A stretch of DNA of 64,000 nucleotides from Octopus bimaculoides. Its lineage: Eukaryota. Under the pieces are notes generated by a model. The model was given only the letters and a program-made list of their open reading frames with translations. It was not told the DNA's origin and searched no databases. The translations under genes were made by a program, and so were the position numbers. Position 1 is the stretch's first letter. Each line of letters opens with the position of its first letter. The stretch is from the NCBI RefSeq assembly GCF_001194135.2, contig NC_068988.1, positions 83,335,939-83,399,938 of the forward strand, written 5' to 3'. Positions 60,535 to 64,000 of this stretch are shown piece by piece.

Positions 60535-60984
60535 CCATATGTATCCGCGTGCGTGTTGTATCCGCGTGCAGGTGTGTGTTGGTGCGCAAGAAAAACATTT
60601 ACAGAAATGTATTCATAAAATTTCTATTATAATAAGTTATCTTTATATGCCATGTTTGCAATTCTCGATATAAATGATAGCAAAGTGTATATCAACTGAA
60701 ATTAAAATCCTGGTTCAATGACAGATCGATCAAGTTACTAAAGTTTGAACGTTGTTAGTAAGAACATATGCTCTCTTTTAATTGAATATCGAAAAAGAAA
60801 GTAAATGCAAGGGGAATTAATTTTGGCGGCAAGGAGTAAACGTCTTGTTTCATTATCACAATTAAAAAGAAATTCAGAGGTGTAACATTGTGCAAGTTCA
60901 TTTCCGTAAATGTTTTTCTTGCACACCAACATCCCGCTTCCCCCACACACGCACTTAAACATTTACGCATGCGGATACACATGG
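60535..60984. repeat. ~450-bp element with long imperfect terminal inverted repeats
   Basis: 60577-60609 vs reverse complement of 60899-60931: 31/33 identical; 60535-60552 vs reverse complement of 60967-60984: 16/18. Confidence 0.7.
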
Positions 60985-62420
60985 GTGAAGTTCCATTTTG
61001 GAAGTATGTTAAAGCTTTTATTGTTTTGGAATGAAGAACACAAACATNNNNNNNNNNNNNNNNNNNNNNNNNNNNNNNNNNNNNNNNNNNNNNNNNNNNN
61101 NNNNNNNNNNNNNNNNNNNNNNNNNNNNNNNNNNNNNNNNNNNNNNNNNNNNNNNNNNNNNNNNNNNNNNNNNNNNNNNNNNNNNNNNNNNNNNNNNNNN
61201 NNNNNNNNNNNNNNNNNNNNNNNNNNNNNNNNNNNNNNNNNNNNNNNNNNNNNNNNNNNNNNNNNNNNNNNNNNNNNNNNNNNNNNNNNNNNNNNNNNNN
61301 NNNNNNNNNNNNNNNNNNNNNNNNNNNNNNNNNNNNNNNNNNNNNNNNNNNNNNNNNNNNNNNNNNNNNNNNNNNNNNNNNNNNNNNNNNNNNNNNNNNN
61401 NNNNNNNNNNNNNNNNNNNNNNNNNNNNNNNNNNNNNNNNNNNNNNNNNNNNNNNNNNNNNNNNNNNNNNNNNNNNNNNNNNNNNNNNNNNNNNNNNNNN
61501 NNNNNNNNNNNNNNNNNNNNNNNNNNNNNNNNNNNNNNNNNNNNNNNNNNNNNNNNNNNNNNNNNNNNNNNNNNNNNNNNNNNNNNNNNNNNNNNNNNNN
61601 NNNNNNNNNNNNNNNNNNNNNNNNNNNNNNNNNNNNNNNNNNNNNNNNNNNNNNNNNNNNNNNNNNNNNNNNNNNNNACTAAACTAGATTGTGAAAGTTA
61701 CGAAGGGAAAAAAAACAGATCGTGTGAACTTTCCGACATTCCTCTCCCCACCCCGTCGGAAAGCATTTTCCCCACAAATTTCTTTATGATCGTAATCTAT
61801 GCTGTTTGAAAGGTGTTTCTGTAAAATTTCATCAATAGATATCCGTTTTCCTGAAAGTTGAGGGAAAAAATCGGATCTAGTGAATTTTCCGAAAGTCCTC
61901 ACGTTCGTTTGCGCAATTTTTTTTTATATTCGTTTTCTACACAGTTTAACACCTAGCATGCTGTGTTTTTTTTCGTTAACGGGAGTCTATCTTTATATTA
62001 ACTGCTATTTGTTTACAACAAAAGATATCAAATTAAGTCATTGTTGTATTTACATGATACATGACAATGTCGTTCATGCAAACAAGAACTAAGCTTACCT
62101 TAAGACTTCACCTTTTGATAATTAATTAAGTAAATAAAAATTGCATTCACACGTTTGTTCCAGTTAATATACATACACACAAACATACATACATACATGC
62201 ACACACACATACATACGCACACATACACACATACACACACATACACACACAAACACACAAATTATACAATAAAAGAGAAACAGATCTCCGTCTGTCTGTC
62301 CATTATAACATCTGTAAGAGGGGTGGAAAGAAGAGGAATCAAAATATACGCCACTACTAAAAGCGAAAGGGAAAAAGGTGTTGAGAGAGGGAGAGATAAG
62401 TAGGTAGATAGATACATAGA

Positions 62421-62509
62421 GTTATCACCATAGTAGCAACTAAATTATGATAAAAAACGCGGGAATTTTAAGTGCAAGTCTGTGAACATAATGCAACGCA
62501 CTTAAAAAA

Positions 62510-62545
<36 letters not shown>

Positions 62546-62846
62546 CTATTTTTTGTCGTTTGTGCGTGTGTTTGTTTCTGTGTCTTTAACCATATAGACA
62601 ACGCAACACACACTTTAAAAAGAGACTTCCACTTCAAACAGACGAAGGCAAGGAGAAAAAGTTGTTGAGAGAGAAATACAGTGAGACAGAGAGAGGAGTT
62701 ATGTGCGTGTACGCTTGCGCGCGTGTGTGAAAAATAAGTAAATACGTAGTGTTGTCACCATAGTAACTACCAAATTTTGATTAAAAACGCAGGAATTTTA
62801 AGTGCAGGTCTGTCAACACAATGCAACGCACTTCAAAAAAAGAGTA
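62421..62846 (+). repeat. Degenerate direct repeat, period ~330 bp
   Basis: gtt(a/g)tcaccatagta...ggaattttaagtgca.gtctgt.aaca.aatgcaacgcactt.aaaaaa at 62421 and 62751, each followed by a microsatellite. Confidence 0.75.
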
Positions 62847-63239
62847 TTATACACACACACGCACACACACACATACACACACACACACACACACANNNNN
62901 NNNNNNNNNNNNNNNNNNNNNNNNNNNNNNNNNNNNNNNNNNNNNNNNNNNNNNNNNNNNNNNNNNNNNNNNNNNNNNNNNNNNNNNNNNNNNNNNNNNN
63001 NNNNNNNNNNNNNNNNNNNNNNNNNNNNNNNNNNNNNNNNNNNNNNNNNNNNNNNNNNNNNNNNNNNNNNNNNNNNNNNNNNNNNNNNNNNNNNNNNNNN
63101 NNNNNNNNNNNNNNNNNNNNNNNNNTGCAAGAGGTAACGAAGATTTTAGAAAAAATAAATAAGTACATGAGTAGAAATCGAACCGATGGATGTGTTGAAT
63201 AATAAGGCACTAAAAGAGAATGATTCTCCTCAGACGCAA

Positions 63240-63283
<44 letters not shown>

Positions 63284-63495
63284 TGAAAGACAGAATGGAA
63301 TAAGCAGAGCAAGAGCACATACGAAGACGGACAGTGTCGCTGAGGTTACAGATGTGTGACGAACAATTTCTGGGCAATGGACATGAGTTAGGATAAAAAC
63401 AGTAATAAACGAGCGAGGAACGATTATATAGAGCGTATGTTTATTTGGCAGGAAAAAAAAAATTACTATCCTGAAATACAATATAAATATATATA

Positions 63496-64000
63496 TATAG
63501 GGACGATTGTCTTATTTATATTAGGAATTATTCTACCCAATGTTTGCAGAGACTTAAAGGTAGGTTATCTAGATTTTTTAATAGGATGGGAATGAGTGTC
63601 ACTTACGATGATGATATTTCGCTAGCTAATTAATTAGATGTGACACTTGATATAAAAAACGATACGTATAGACCGTATCATAAACCGTCTACTAATTTGA
63701 AATATATAAGTAGATGGAGTAACCACCCTAGAAGTATTATTGATAATTTAGTTAGAAATATTTCGATTAGGCTTTCTAAGTTATCAGCTAATCGTGTTGT
63801 TTTCGATAATGAAGCTCTAAATAGGGATGGCTTTAAAGATAAGGTTTATTATGTTGAACCTGAATCTGGTGAGGTTAGAGTAGATAGGGATGTTAGGAAT
63901 AATAAGGTTAGGTTGGTTAGGAGTAATAATAAAAAATTTATGATCATAGATATAATCGTAATAATGTCGTGCTTAATTCTAAATGTTTTAGGTATTTTGC
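63496..64000 (+). mobile_element. Penelope-like element reverse transcriptase fragment (runs off the window end)
   Basis: Single frame YRDDCL...RLKGRLSRFFNRMGMSVT...AN*LDVTLDIKNDTYRPYHKPSTNLKYISRWSNHPRSIIDNL, matching the PLE YRDD and LDV..D....Y.PY.KP...SNHP motifs. One stop at 63631-63633. Confidence 0.75.

Overview
AT-rich, microsatellite- and SINE-dense animal genomic DNA with six assembly gaps. The repeat families suggest a coleoid cephalopod, probably Octopus (inference, not database-checked). One large + strand gene dominates the window. I reconstructed 10 phase-compatible GT-AG coding exons (1068-1151, 2747-3015, 5564-9217, 9864-10935, 13868-13957, 17419-20412, 23691-23856, 31502-31711, 46986-47045, 47775-47917). 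They encode about 2,900 aa of a multi-Tudor scaffold of the Drosophila Tudor / TDRD6 / TDRD15 type (piRNA pathway, germ granule). It has 10 extended Tudor domains: 5 with intact aromatic cages, 2 partial and 3 degenerate. Between Tudor 9 and 10 lies a coding 30-bp minisatellite (PETEAVTT/SV/MS) that spans a 780-N gap. The 5' end of the gene may lie upstream of the window. The rest is intronic or intergenic transposon debris: RTE-clade LINE fragments, a CR1/L2-group remnant, a Penelope-like RT fragment, several tRNA-derived SINE families, hAT-like MITEs with 8-bp TSDs, piggyBac-like TTAA MITEs and a candidate solo LTR. Several strong hairpins and inverted repeat pairs lie close to exons.
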